Shown one piece after another: positions 47,964-57,767 of a stretch of DNA of 64,000 bases. The DNA lies in the NCBI GenBank assembly GCA_038870635.1, contig JAVZJR010000003.1, forward strand, positions 4,880 through 68,879, written 5' to 3'. Position 1 is the stretch's first letter. The number at the start of each line of letters is the position of its first letter. A program made the translations under genes and the position numbers. The notes beneath the pieces are model-generated. The model worked only from the letters and a program-made list of their open reading frames with translations. It searched no databases and had not been told where the DNA came from. The stretch is from Candidatus Bilamarchaeaceae archaeon. Lineage in GTDB: Archaea > Micrarchaeota > Micrarchaeia > Anstonellales > Bilamarchaeaceae.

Positions 47964-48324
47964 CTATGTAAGGCACAAGATATTTTTCACCTTTATACGC
48001 ATAAGTGAAACCTATGTATAAGCAGTATAACCACACTAAGAACCCACCTAAAAAAAGCGTAAATGGAGATATAATAAAGCCTATGATTCCTAATAAGATA
48101 GCTTGCATCGCATGAAATTTTACATATTGTGGGTTTTTTGCTCTATCCTTTGCTATTAAAAAAACAATGAGGCCGGTAAGCCAAGTAAGAATGTATGCAA
48201 TAAACGCCAAGGTATTGTCCTCATTTTTTTCTTCTGTTGTTGTTTTTTGTACCTCTTCTTTTTTTGTTTCCTCCACTTTTTCTTTTACTTCTTTTATAGT
48301 TACAGTTCCTCCCACTTGAATCAC
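47932..48324 (-). CDS. DUF4870-like membrane protein
   Basis: 'FIAYILTWLTGLIVFLIAKD...VKFHAMQAILLGI' pattern; GTG start. Confidence 0.5.
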   Translation of the reverse strand: MIQVGGTVTIKEVKEKVEETKKEEVQKTTTEEKNEDNTLAFIAYILTWLTGLIVFLIAKDRAKNPQYVKFHAMQAILLGIIGFIISPFTLFLGGFLVWLYCLYIGFTYAYKGEKYLVPYIGEYAEKYAND

Positions 48325-48376
48325 CGTTTATCTATCTTTAATAATATTTTTAAACTTCATTATATTAATCAAAACC

Positions 48377-49882
48377 ATGAATTCTGACGACATTAAGAGC
48401 CTGCACTGGTCAGAAATAATAGCAAAAAAAGTTTCAGAAAAACAAAAACCCCCCTTTGTAGTAGCTGCAGGTATAACTCCTAGTGGTCCAGTCCATCCAG
48501 GTACTTTGTGCGAATTTCTTTTTGCCTACGCAATAAGCAAACAATTGGAAAAATACGGCCAAGTGCGATATATATTTGTATCTGATGATTTTGATGATCT
48601 TGATTCTGTTCCAGAACCACTTAAAAAATACGAAAAAGTCATTCTTGAAGATATGGGGCAGCCTTTATGTATTGCACGTGATCCTGCTGGTTGTCACAAA
48701 AGCTTTGCAGATCACTTTATTGCTGAAACTAAAACTATTATGAATATTTTTGGCGTATCTTTAGAATTTCTTAGAGCAAGCGATTTATATTCGAAGGGCT
48801 ATTACGATGAATACGCCAAAATGTTATGTGAAAAAAAAGATGAAGTAAAAGAAATTGTGCGTGTAAGTTCAAATAGAGAGGAAATGCCTTCGGATTGGTT
48901 TCCTATAATTCCACTTTGTGAAAGATGCAGTAATCTCTCAAAAAATGTGATATTAGAATATCATAGCGGAGAGTATTCATATAGATGCTCCAAATGTGGT
49001 TATGCTGGAAAAGATAAAATTGAAAACCACCATTATAAGCTTCTCTTTCGTCTTGACTGGCCTACCCGGCAAAAATTTCTTAATGTTTCTGTAGAAGGTG
49101 GCAGTGTTGATCATCATAGCCCCGGAGGAACTATAAGTACTTTGATTGCGATTCATAAACAGATATATAAAGAAGAACCGCCTTTTCTCTATAAATTTGG
49201 TTTGTTGAAGTATATGGGAAAAAAATACAGCAAGAGCAAGGGCATAGGTCACACTGTTAACGAACTTCTTGAACTTTTGCCGGTAGAACTCATAAAATAT
49301 ATTCTTTTTAGACCCGATATAGATGAGGATAAGGAATTAGCGATTACAAAAGAAACGCTTTTTCCTTTGCTTGATGAGTTCAAGTACATCTCTTCGGTTG
49401 ATAAAACCAGCAAAAACATAACAAGGGCGGATTATAAAAAAGCAATAGCGTTTGAATTATGCGAAGCTAAAACAATATGGAAAGCTGATATAAGTGATAT
49501 GGTTATTTACTATAACATTTATGAAGACTGGGACAGAGTTGGGAAGCTTTTAGATGATGCCCAAGGTGTTAAATACTTACAACCTTATATCGATAAATGG
49601 TTAAGTAGAGGTCTTGTGCCTGACCGTTATGTATTTAAGATATCCTTAGCAGGAGAGCCATCCGCTGCAGTAAGAGAATTTTTCTTGTCTCTTGATGAAA
49701 GTATGAATGCAGAGACCATCCATAATACTGTGTTTGTAGTTGCCCAAAAATTAGAAATAGAACCAAAACAACTTTTTAAGGAGTGTTATCAGTGGATACT
49801 TGGTAAAGAAACAGGTCCGAGATTAGGAAAATTAATCTATGCTGTTGGTGTAAAAAAGTTTAAAGAAAATATAAAAGTGTGA
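48377..49882 (+). CDS. lysK: class-I lysyl-tRNA synthetase
   Basis: 'GITPSGPVHPGTLCEF' (HIGH region), Zn knuckle 'CERCS...CSKCG', 'KYSKSKG' (KMSKS region); 501 aa. Confidence 0.85.
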   Translation: MNSDDIKSLHWSEIIAKKVSEKQKPPFVVAAGITPSGPVHPGTLCEFLFAYAISKQLEKYGQVRYIFVSDDFDDLDSVPEPLKKYEKVILEDMGQPLCIARDPAGCHKSFADHFIAETKTIMNIFGVSLEFLRASDLYSKGYYDEYAKMLCEKKDEVKEIVRVSSNREEMPSDWFPIIPLCERCSNLSKNVILEYHSGEYSYRCSKCGYAGKDKIENHHYKLLFRLDWPTRQKFLNVSVEGGSVDHHSPGGTISTLIAIHKQIYKEEPPFLYKFGLLKYMGKKYSKSKGIGHTVNELLELLPVELIKYILFRPDIDEDKELAITKETLFPLLDEFKYISSVDKTSKNITRADYKKAIAFELCEAKTIWKADISDMVIYYNIYEDWDRVGKLLDDAQGVKYLQPYIDKWLSRGLVPDRYVFKISLAGEPSAAVREFFLSLDESMNAETIHNTVFVVAQKLEIEPKQLFKECYQWILGKETGPRLGKLIYAVGVKKFKENIKV

Positions 49883-50493
49883 TGGTTGTGGTAAGAATAC
49901 TTAAATTAGGAAAGCTATCTGATGTAATAAAAGAAGCTAAAAAAGTTGTTGAAGAAGGCGGAATAATAATCTACCCCACTGACACTGTTTATGGGATCGG
50001 AGGTGACGCTACCGAACCATCTGTTGTGAAAAAAGTAAAAGATATCAAGAAGATAACAGATGATAAGCCTTTCTCAGTTATGTTTTCTGATATTTCAATG
50101 ATAGAGGAGTACTGTATTGTTGATTTTGCTACCGAGCTCATTCTTAAAAAATATCTTCCGGGTCCTTACACTTTTATACTTAAGCTCCACCGCCCAATCG
50201 CTGCCGCAAATGATCTTACACTCGGTGTAAGAATACCTGAATTGAGTTTTTGTTATGAACTTTGTAATGCGGTTAAACGACCCATAATCACTACAAGTGC
50301 AAATATAACTGGTTTTTCCCCACCCACAAAATTCTCAGATATTGACCCTCTGCTAATTGAAAAAGTAGATCTTGCAATAGATAGTGGGAGTACAAAATAT
50401 GGAGCTCCATCCACTATAATAGATTTAGTCGAAAAAAAGATAAGACGACAAGGTGAGGCACCAATTGATCTTCAGGAGTTTCTTTCAATTTAA
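49882..50493 (+). CDS. tsaC: threonylcarbamoyl-AMP synthase (TsaC/YrdC/Sua5 domain)
   Basis: 'GGIIIYPTDTVYGIGGDA', 'RIPELS', 'ITTSANITG'; its ATG overlaps the lysK TGA (TGATG). Confidence 0.85.
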   Translation: MVVVRILKLGKLSDVIKEAKKVVEEGGIIIYPTDTVYGIGGDATEPSVVKKVKDIKKITDDKPFSVMFSDISMIEEYCIVDFATELILKKYLPGPYTFILKLHRPIAAANDLTLGVRIPELSFCYELCNAVKRPIITTSANITGFSPPTKFSDIDPLLIEKVDLAIDSGSTKYGAPSTIIDLVEKKIRRQGEAPIDLQEFLSI

Positions 50494-51243
50494 TTATATC
50501 TCGTTATATGTTAAACTATTTTTTTGACAGAACGATTTTATTTTTTCCTTTTGTCTGAGGTTTGTTTGCTCTTTAAGTAAAACTACGCCTTTTACTTTTT
50601 CCACGTTTTTCTCTACTCCTTCAAGTAACAGTTCCTCAGAAACCTCGTTTATCATATACTTAGGTAGTATATGTCCTACTGCGTGAGGTGTTGTTTGAAT
50701 AAATGAAGTAAACTCTTTTGCATAATGTCCTCCCCCGATTGCGAAAAAACTTTCATATATTTCTTTTTTTCTGACCATATATGCAGTTGCTTCTGCTACA
50801 ATTTCTGCTGCTTTTTTATCTTTCCATTCATTTTCTGTGCTACCTATCTCTACGAATATAATAGGTTTTTTTATTGTAGGGCCGTGGTGGTCTGCTTCTA
50901 TTACAACACTCCAATCAGTCATTCCTTTTTCTCTTCTCAACTCTTCTGCCTTTATAATAAAATCTTTTATTCTACTTCCGTACGCAATGTTTAATTTTCG
51001 TGCTTCCCCGCCCATATCTGCATCACCCCAATTACCTGGGTGGTGCGCTGTTATTAATTTCAGAGGATTTTTGCTCTTATGCGAACTGAGTATAACTAAA
51101 TAATCACTATCTATTTCAGGTTTTTCTAAAACACTTTCTGCTCTTGTGTTCACCATTTCCACTCCCTTTGGGCAAAATGAAAATAATATTTCTGCTATGT
51201 TTTTGCTTGCAATATTTCTACTCGTATATATAATTGCTGGCAT
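50494..51243 (-). CDS. dtdA: archaeal-type D-aminoacyl-tRNA deacylase (DtdA/DTD2)
   Basis: 'SSHKSKN..LITAHHPGNWG', 'IEADHHGPT', 'FVEIGSTENEW', 'GGGHYA', 'GHILPKY'; ATG 51243 avoids overlapping the upstream gene. Confidence 0.85.
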   Translation of the reverse strand: MPAIIYTSRNIASKNIAEILFSFCPKGVEMVNTRAESVLEKPEIDSDYLVILSSHKSKNPLKLITAHHPGNWGDADMGGEARKLNIAYGSRIKDFIIKAEELRREKGMTDWSVVIEADHHGPTIKKPIIFVEIGSTENEWKDKKAAEIVAEATAYMVRKKEIYESFFAIGGGHYAKEFTSFIQTTPHAVGHILPKYMINEVSEELLLEGVEKNVEKVKGVVLLKEQTNLRQKEKIKSFCQKNSLTYNEI

Positions 51244-51251
51244 TTTCTCAC

Positions 51252-52286
51252 CTAAACCAGCAAAAATAGAAGTGTTAGGGCACATGCTACAGTTATATTG
51301 TCGTCAAATGGAAGAGGAAGCGATTCAACAATCGCCCCTGCTAAACCAGCTAAAAAAGCCAGTGGGCCTATGAAAAAGAAAGCAATAATAGAAGATAGAA
51401 AAAAAGAAATAAAACCTTCTAATGTTTTATTTTTATTATAGGGTAGTTTTATTTTTCCACGTATTCCCACTAACGTTGAAAAAGCATCACCAAATCCTAT
51501 TATGATTAAACCAGCAGCTATATAGAGCGGATTTTGTATTATGCTTATCATAAAAAGCACACCGGTTGCATAGCAAGCTGACCCCCACCCAGGAAATCTT
51601 GTACCTTCTCTTTCAAAATTCTTTATAAACCAGTCAACTAATGGATTAGTCTTTCCTAAATATGCTTGGTTAACTAAAATTAATCCTATTAAAAGTATAA
51701 CGAATGTTGCGCCCATCAAAACTCCTTTTCCATAAAAGAAAAGTATCGCAATAGCAACAATAGCCACAATCATATGAAATATCTGTCTTTTATCCTCGGT
51801 GCCCTTGTTTTTGATTTTATTTTCTTTTTTCCATAAAGAGTCAATTAAATGATATATTATCAGTGCAAGGGCCAAAGCAGCACTTATGTCTCTGAAACTA
51901 TGAACTGCGAGTACCAACCTGGTTAATGATATAAAAAGTGCCAACAGTGCATACGCAATAAATGAATTTTTATTAAGAAAAGAAATCATCAATATGAAAG
52001 CAGTTAAAGCATGTAAACTTGGCAAAGAATAATCTTGCGGACAGTAATCAAGCCCAAGCGAAACGCAGGGTCTTTCAACAGCCAAAGCAATTTTAAGAGC
52101 AGTACCAATTATTACACCTAATGCCAAGGCCAATACTATCTTTGCAATCTTTTGTGGTCTTCTTTCACCAATAACTATCGCAAGTAAAAGAAACGTAAGA
52201 TAGATTATGTCATTGTCTAAAAAAGAACTCACCGATGCTAACAATCCGCTATTCATAGTATGTGCAAATTGAGTTATTATATCCAT
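51252..52286 (-). CDS. fusion of a PAP2 phosphatase domain and a dolichol kinase/CTP-transferase-1 family domain
   Basis: PAP2 motifs 'KIALAVERP', 'PSLHA', 'TRLVLAVHSFRD' in the N-terminal half; 'GDAFSTLVGIRGK...NKTLEGF' in the C-terminal half. Confidence 0.7.
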   Translation of the reverse strand: MDIITQFAHTMNSGLLASVSSFLDNDIIYLTFLLLAIVIGERRPQKIAKIVLALALGVIIGTALKIALAVERPCVSLGLDYCPQDYSLPSLHALTAFILMISFLNKNSFIAYALLALFISLTRLVLAVHSFRDISAALALALIIYHLIDSLWKKENKIKNKGTEDKRQIFHMIVAIVAIAILFFYGKGVLMGATFVILLIGLILVNQAYLGKTNPLVDWFIKNFEREGTRFPGWGSACYATGVLFMISIIQNPLYIAAGLIIIGFGDAFSTLVGIRGKIKLPYNKNKTLEGFISFFLSSIIAFFFIGPLAFLAGLAGAIVESLPLPFDDNITVACALTLLFLLV

Positions 52287-52296
52287 CTTACCACTC

Positions 52297-53901
52297 CTAA
52301 AAATTTACAAAGGTAAAAACTAACATGCTTGCAAAAGAGAGCAACACGAAGTAGACCGCACCTCTTGACTTTCTTCCTTCAATATCTGCGACATAAAGAG
52401 AAGCGATTAAAGCATAAATAATTAAATACGCAGGTATAAGCGAAGTTATAAAGTTTAATTTTGCTGTGGCTATTGTGCTATTCTCAATTATGAAGGTCGC
52501 TATACTGCCAATGAGTGAAAGAGAGATTTTCAATATAAATGGTATTATCAAACCACCGAATAAGATGGTGTACTTTTGCATTGACATCAAAGCCGCTCTT
52601 TCCCTTTTTATTTCAAAGTTTTTTAGTATATCCTCAGCGATGAAGTGTAGCTGTTCAACAGAATTAGTGTCGTAAGCATGTTTTATCATCATACAAACTT
52701 TTTTTAGAGCAGGCGATTCATTTCTTTTCCAAAAATCTTCAAGCACCTTATCAGTGTTTATGTTTGTGTTTAACTGCCTTTTAGCTATGATTGCCTCTTC
52801 TGAAAGTGCTTTGTAACCACCAGACGCCATAACTTCAAATATTTTCTCAATCTTTGCTGATTTTGGTAATGCAGCGATAGAAAAAAGAGCATCAGGTAAA
52901 TACTGTTCTATTTCCTCTATTCTCTTTTCTTTTTTATAGTCTTTGTATATGCTCGCCCCCATGATGATAAGACCTAATAAAACACCAACCACATTTATAA
53001 TAGAGTCGTTGAGTAAGGATGAAATTATAAAAAGTCCGGCGCCTATTATAAGACCTACTGGTGGCGCGGATTTTTTTGGCATTAAAGGACTGTAAGGAAC
53101 CATACTTTTGCTGAGCAAGAGAAGGGCTGCGCTTATCGCGGGAAAAACTATTAACAAAGCCAAAGCAATAGTGAGATCATCAAGAAAACTGCCACCGCTA
53201 TAATTCCCCACAAGCACATATATTATAAAGAAAGTGGGGAGTATAGCAGTAGTCATTATAAAAAGCATTCCAAAAATAGCATTTTTAGAAGCGCTTTCTC
53301 TTAACTCATGCTGCTGGACAGCTAAGAGTTCATCGCCTATTCTTTTCATCTCAGTTCCTGAACTTCCTACTTCATACGCTGAGAGTATTTGAGCAAGTGC
53401 TCTTTTTATAGAATAAGATGAGAAAAGAGTGGCAAATCTTGAAAAAGATTTTTCAAGTGTAATCCCACGATTAACATCATTTATTATTTTTTTTATTTCT
53501 TCAGCCATTTCACTTTCTTCTTCAGCAGCCATCGCCAAGCATCTTATAAACGGTATTTTCATATTTCTGAGCATTCCAATAGTTCTTAATAGAAAAGGCA
53601 TTTCAGCTTCCATTTTTTTTGTTTTTGTTTTTAACTCGAAGGAAGGCAATGAGATTAGAAAAAGAAAGATTATCAATCCACTAAAAATAGAATAGGTAAG
53701 AGCATCTGTTAATTCATTAGATGCTGCGAGCAGCAACAATAGGATTAAGATAAAAAAAATAATTGAAACTGTAAGTGAAAGGGTAAAGTATTTGCCTGTT
53801 TTTGTTTGAGGGTAAAGCTTCTCTAAAGGTTCAAGTAATTTGCTTTTTACTTCTATTTCAGGAAAGTTTTGCGAAAGTTCAGCGAGATTTTTTAGTAGCA
53901 T
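52297..53901 (-). CDS. FlaJ/TadC-like (T2SS-F family) polytopic platform protein
   Basis: 534 aa; two cytoplasmic helical domains alternating with TM blocks; overlaps the upstream ATPase gene by 23 nt. Confidence 0.7.
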   Translation of the reverse strand: MLLKNLAELSQNFPEIEVKSKLLEPLEKLYPQTKTGKYFTLSLTVSIIFFILILLLLLAASNELTDALTYSIFSGLIIFLFLISLPSFELKTKTKKMEAEMPFLLRTIGMLRNMKIPFIRCLAMAAEEESEMAEEIKKIINDVNRGITLEKSFSRFATLFSSYSIKRALAQILSAYEVGSSGTEMKRIGDELLAVQQHELRESASKNAIFGMLFIMTTAILPTFFIIYVLVGNYSGGSFLDDLTIALALLIVFPAISAALLLLSKSMVPYSPLMPKKSAPPVGLIIGAGLFIISSLLNDSIINVVGVLLGLIIMGASIYKDYKKEKRIEEIEQYLPDALFSIAALPKSAKIEKIFEVMASGGYKALSEEAIIAKRQLNTNINTDKVLEDFWKRNESPALKKVCMMIKHAYDTNSVEQLHFIAEDILKNFEIKRERAALMSMQKYTILFGGLIIPFILKISLSLIGSIATFIIENSTIATAKLNFITSLIPAYLIIYALIASLYVADIEGRKSRGAVYFVLLSFASMLVFTFVNF

Positions 53902-55309
53902 TTTTAGACCTCTTTTCTTTTATATCTGTGGCATTTTCACTAAAACTATACATCTTTTGTTGGAAGTCTTTGTAAAAGTTCACAAATTCAAGTGGGGCTT
54001 TTTCTATTATTTTAGTCCTCAATTTCCATTCTTCAGTAAGCTCTTTACTGCTCATGTTGAAGCTCGTTGCGATTTTCTCAAAGAGTTTACTGCTTTTTTT
54101 GAATCTTAATTTTTTACTTTTGCTATCAATCACAAAAATTGTATTTATGTTTTTTCCTACTTCTGCTATCTCAGTCATTTTTCTTATTTCAACATTCTTC
54201 CTTTTTTTCTTATCGTAAACGAGCATCCTACGTTGGATTACTAAACAATCTATAGCTTCTATATCATTTTCATTTATTCCGAAGGTTTTAATTCTCTGAA
54301 CCGCTTCATACGCACCCTGCGCGTGTATGGTCGCATAGCTTCCTCTCGCTTGGCCAGCGAGTAAAACATCAAAAAGTGCTTCAAATTCTATTTTATTTCT
54401 CACTTCGCCTACTATCATCCTATCCGGTCTCATTCTCAATGTATCGTACATCAAGTCCTTTAAACTTATATTCATATCTCTATTTGCAACTAGTCGCAAT
54501 TGGTGCTCGTGCGGGATGTTAATTTCTGGTGTTTCCTCTGCTATTATCACGCGCTCGTTCCCAGGTACAAAAGAGAATAATGCGTTTAGCAAGGTTGTTT
54601 TTCCGCTTCCTGTGTTGCCACCTATAACGACTGAGCTATCGCTTTGCATTACAAGCGAGAGAAATGCCAGTGCTTCCGTTGTTGTTGAACCAAGTGTAGC
54701 GAGTTCTTTTGGCGAGAATGGTCTTGATCTAAATTTTCTTATGGTTATTTCCCCTGCGGATATTGGCGGCAATGATGCATGAAGACGACTCCCATCGGGA
54801 AGCATTGCGTCTAATCTTGGATTTTGAAGTGTGATATGCCTACCTAAACCCATTGCCATCTTATTAACAACATCTCCTATTGCTTTTTCACTTGTGAAAC
54901 AAGCATTAACCATTTTCCATCCTTGATTTTTTACGTATACATAAGCAGGTTTGTTTATCCCAATCACACTTATCTCTTCTATATTTGGGTCTTTTAACAA
55001 ATTTTCTATGAATGCAAAACCATAAACGTGCAGATAAGCGAATTCTGTAAGGTACTCCATCTGGTCTGTGTCTAATACTATTCCATTTTCTTCTGCAATT
55101 ACTGTTAAAAGGTTTTTTATAAAATCTTTACTTTCCTCAGGTGTGCTAATATCTTTTGCGCGTACTGCTTCCCTGAATCTCTCCTCAATATTAAATATCA
55201 TCTGTTCTTCCTCTTGACTAAGACGGGGAAGAGGAAGTTTGTACTCACCCTCACTCAATATTTTCCAACCTAGCATTAAATTTCTATAGGAAGTAAGATT
55301 TTTTAACAT
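53879..55309 (-). CDS. FlaI/VirB11-type type IV filament assembly ATPase
   Basis: Walker A 'GGNTGSGKTTLLNAL', Walker B 'RVIIAEETPE', 'RMRPDRMIVGEVR', 'GSYATIHA'. Confidence 0.85.
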   Translation of the reverse strand: MLKNLTSYRNLMLGWKILSEGEYKLPLPRLSQEEEQMIFNIEERFREAVRAKDISTPEESKDFIKNLLTVIAEENGIVLDTDQMEYLTEFAYLHVYGFAFIENLLKDPNIEEISVIGINKPAYVYVKNQGWKMVNACFTSEKAIGDVVNKMAMGLGRHITLQNPRLDAMLPDGSRLHASLPPISAGEITIRKFRSRPFSPKELATLGSTTTEALAFLSLVMQSDSSVVIGGNTGSGKTTLLNALFSFVPGNERVIIAEETPEINIPHEHQLRLVANRDMNISLKDLMYDTLRMRPDRMIVGEVRNKIEFEALFDVLLAGQARGSYATIHAQGAYEAVQRIKTFGINENDIEAIDCLVIQRRMLVYDKKKRKNVEIRKMTEIAEVGKNINTIFVIDSKSKKLRFKKSSKLFEKIATSFNMSSKELTEEWKLRTKIIEKAPLEFVNFYKDFQQKMYSFSENATDIKEKRSKNATKKSR

Positions 55310-55359
55310 AATATTAGAAATGTATTGTTAATATTCTATACCAAATTAGCGGTGATTTT

Positions 55360-56613
55360 ATGAACAACTCTGAAAAATTTTTAGTCTTAATTGCACTAGT
55401 GCTTTTTGCAATAGCGATTTTTTTACCATCTACAACTCATCCAACAAATCAAACTAAAGAAAATTCTACTTTGATTAAAGGAAAGGAAATAATCTATAAC
55501 GCAATAAATTTTGGTTATAATAAGTCTGAGTATTATTATGTTTTTTCTGAAAATGTGAATGGCTACGAGCAAGTATATACGCTTATGAAAAATGTTAATG
55601 GTGAATATGTTAAGATAGATGATAAAATTGGTACTAAAGAAATTTATTTTGTGGGAGGCAAGTCATTTCTTTGTGTGCAATATTTAGATGAAATTAAATG
55701 CTCAGAAACTACTAATCTAAACGAAACCCCACTTATTAGGTACTATGCCTCTCTTAAGTCTAAATTTTTCAATAACAACCAGATAGAAAAAGAGAGAACT
55801 ATGTTTGATGAATTTTTTTCTAAAGGTTATGTGGTAATAAAAAAAGTTGAAGAAACTACAAAGTATGGTAAAAAATGCATAGCGGTTAATTATGTAATAG
55901 ACTACACTAACATGAGTGTTAGTGATGCTACAAAATATGGCATTTCTCTTGATATACCTAAGTATTTTGAGTGGTCAATATGCGAAGCAGATGGCATTCC
56001 CTTCTACAAAGAATTTACTTATTCTCATAAAGGTGTCGAATACAAAAATGAGTTTTTAATAAAGGAATTTGGAAAACCAAGTCAAATAATTGTCCCTGAA
56101 AATCTTACTGATGATGCATACTCTCTTTTAGTTACTGAAATGCAGGTTCAAAATACTTTTGCTGAATGTTTCACCAAAACCTCAAAACAAGATAAGGAGA
56201 AATGCATCTCTTTGTTTGCTTTTAAAATTGCAAACCCATCCTTCTGCCTTTTAGCAGGCGATGAATCTGACCGATGCATCGTGCGTTTAATTCCTTATAT
56301 AAAAGATGAAAGTTGGTGCCAAAAAGTACAGGATAGCGATTTCAAGGATGATTGTTTTATAGAAGTTGCTGGAGCTCTAAAGAATTCATCGTATTGTCAA
56401 AATATAACTAATGCTAAAAAGATTGAATTTTGCATGAATGTCTCTGTTCAAAACCAATCTGTAAAAGTTGAGGAAGAAGGACACTCTAATGAAAATCAAT
56501 CTCAATCCAACTCTTCAATAAACACTTCTAAGACTAACTCTTCTGATCATCCAGAAATAATAAAAAGGATTTTAGATGAAATAGAGAATTCAAGTAAAAG
56601 TGAAGAGAAATGA
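55360..56613 (+). CDS. secreted/anchored ORFan with C-terminal Cys-pair repeats and a Ser/Asn-rich tail
   Basis: 'FLVLIALVLFAIAIFL' N-terminal hydrophobic helix; four units of about 25 aa, each with a Cys pair (aa about 270-365). Confidence 0.65.
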   Translation: MNNSEKFLVLIALVLFAIAIFLPSTTHPTNQTKENSTLIKGKEIIYNAINFGYNKSEYYYVFSENVNGYEQVYTLMKNVNGEYVKIDDKIGTKEIYFVGGKSFLCVQYLDEIKCSETTNLNETPLIRYYASLKSKFFNNNQIEKERTMFDEFFSKGYVVIKKVEETTKYGKKCIAVNYVIDYTNMSVSDATKYGISLDIPKYFEWSICEADGIPFYKEFTYSHKGVEYKNEFLIKEFGKPSQIIVPENLTDDAYSLLVTEMQVQNTFAECFTKTSKQDKEKCISLFAFKIANPSFCLLAGDESDRCIVRLIPYIKDESWCQKVQDSDFKDDCFIEVAGALKNSSYCQNITNAKKIEFCMNVSVQNQSVKVEEEGHSNENQSQSNSSINTSKTNSSDHPEIIKRILDEIENSSKSEEK

Positions 56614-57764
56614 AGATTGCGATAGTAAGTGATACTTTTAGACCACAAAAAAATGGCGTAGTTGTGTTTTTAGAGGATTTTCTTCCTCGCCTTGCAAAAA
56701 AAACAGACGTAGTTGTAATCGTGCCCGGACAAAAAAACTATTTAGTAAAAAGTCGAGATGGCAATATAACTTACTATTTTTTGCCATCTCTTCCATTTCC
56801 TTTCTATCCTGGTTATCGTATGGCTATTTCCTCTCGTACTGAAATAAAAAAAATATTAGAAGAAGAAAAACCTGATGTTGTTCATTTACACGCACCGGTA
56901 TTAGTTGGCTTAAAAGCTCTCTATATTTCTAAATCTATTAACATACCAACAGTTATCACTTACCACACTCACTTTCCAGATTATGTTTCTCATCTTTCTA
57001 AAGGTCTGCTTAAGGGCGACTTTGAAAATATTGCGAAATTACCAGTAAAAAAACTCATAAAAACAGTTTTTTCTAAAGCAAATGTTGTCACCGCGCCTAC
57101 TCCTGCATTACGAGAAGAGCTTCGCTCCTATGGTTTACCAAATGTGGAGTTTATTCCTAATGGAATAGATTTTTCAAAATTTAAAAATTCAAAAAAAGTA
57201 AATGTAAGGGCAAAACACAACATACCTAAGAAAAACAAAATAGTCCTCTATGTCGGAAGGATAAGTTTTGAAAAGAAAATTGATATTCTTTTAAGCGCTT
57301 TTAAAAAAGTACGTGCTACTCGTGAAAACACTACCCTTTTGATTGTTGGCACTGGCCCTTACCTTAACGATTATGTAAAACTTGCAAAAACAATGAATTT
57401 GCAAGATGTAATTTTTGCTGGTTTTGTACCTGATGCTTATCTTCCTTCTTATTATAAAATAGCAGATGTTTTTGCTTCTGCTTCTGACACTGAAACCTTT
57501 GGTCTTACTTTTATAGAAGCTATGTTTTTTGGTTTGCCCGTTGTCGGTGTTAATAAGCTTGGGGCAAGTGATGTTATAAAAAAAGAAACTGGTCTTCTTG
57601 CAGAAGCAGGAAATGCAGGAGATTTTGGTCGTTGTCTCTCTATCCTTCTTGACCACGATAACTTTGCAAAAGAGCTCGGAAAAAATGGCAAAAATGAAGC
57701 TAAAAAATATTCAATAGAGAAAGTCACTCGGGATTTTATGAATATATACAAGCGATTATGTTAA
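56610..57764 (+). CDS. GT4-family glycosyltransferase
   Basis: 'MKIAIVSDTFRPQKNGV' N-terminus; 'VGRISFEKK'; 'SDTETFGLTFIEAMFFGLPVV' (E-x7-E region). Confidence 0.85.
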   Translation: MKIAIVSDTFRPQKNGVVVFLEDFLPRLAKKTDVVVIVPGQKNYLVKSRDGNITYYFLPSLPFPFYPGYRMAISSRTEIKKILEEEKPDVVHLHAPVLVGLKALYISKSINIPTVITYHTHFPDYVSHLSKGLLKGDFENIAKLPVKKLIKTVFSKANVVTAPTPALREELRSYGLPNVEFIPNGIDFSKFKNSKKVNVRAKHNIPKKNKIVLYVGRISFEKKIDILLSAFKKVRATRENTTLLIVGTGPYLNDYVKLAKTMNLQDVIFAGFVPDAYLPSYYKIADVFASASDTETFGLTFIEAMFFGLPVVGVNKLGASDVIKKETGLLAEAGNAGDFGRCLSILLDHDNFAKELGKNGKNEAKKYSIEKVTRDFMNIYKRLC

Positions 57765-57767
57765 TTG

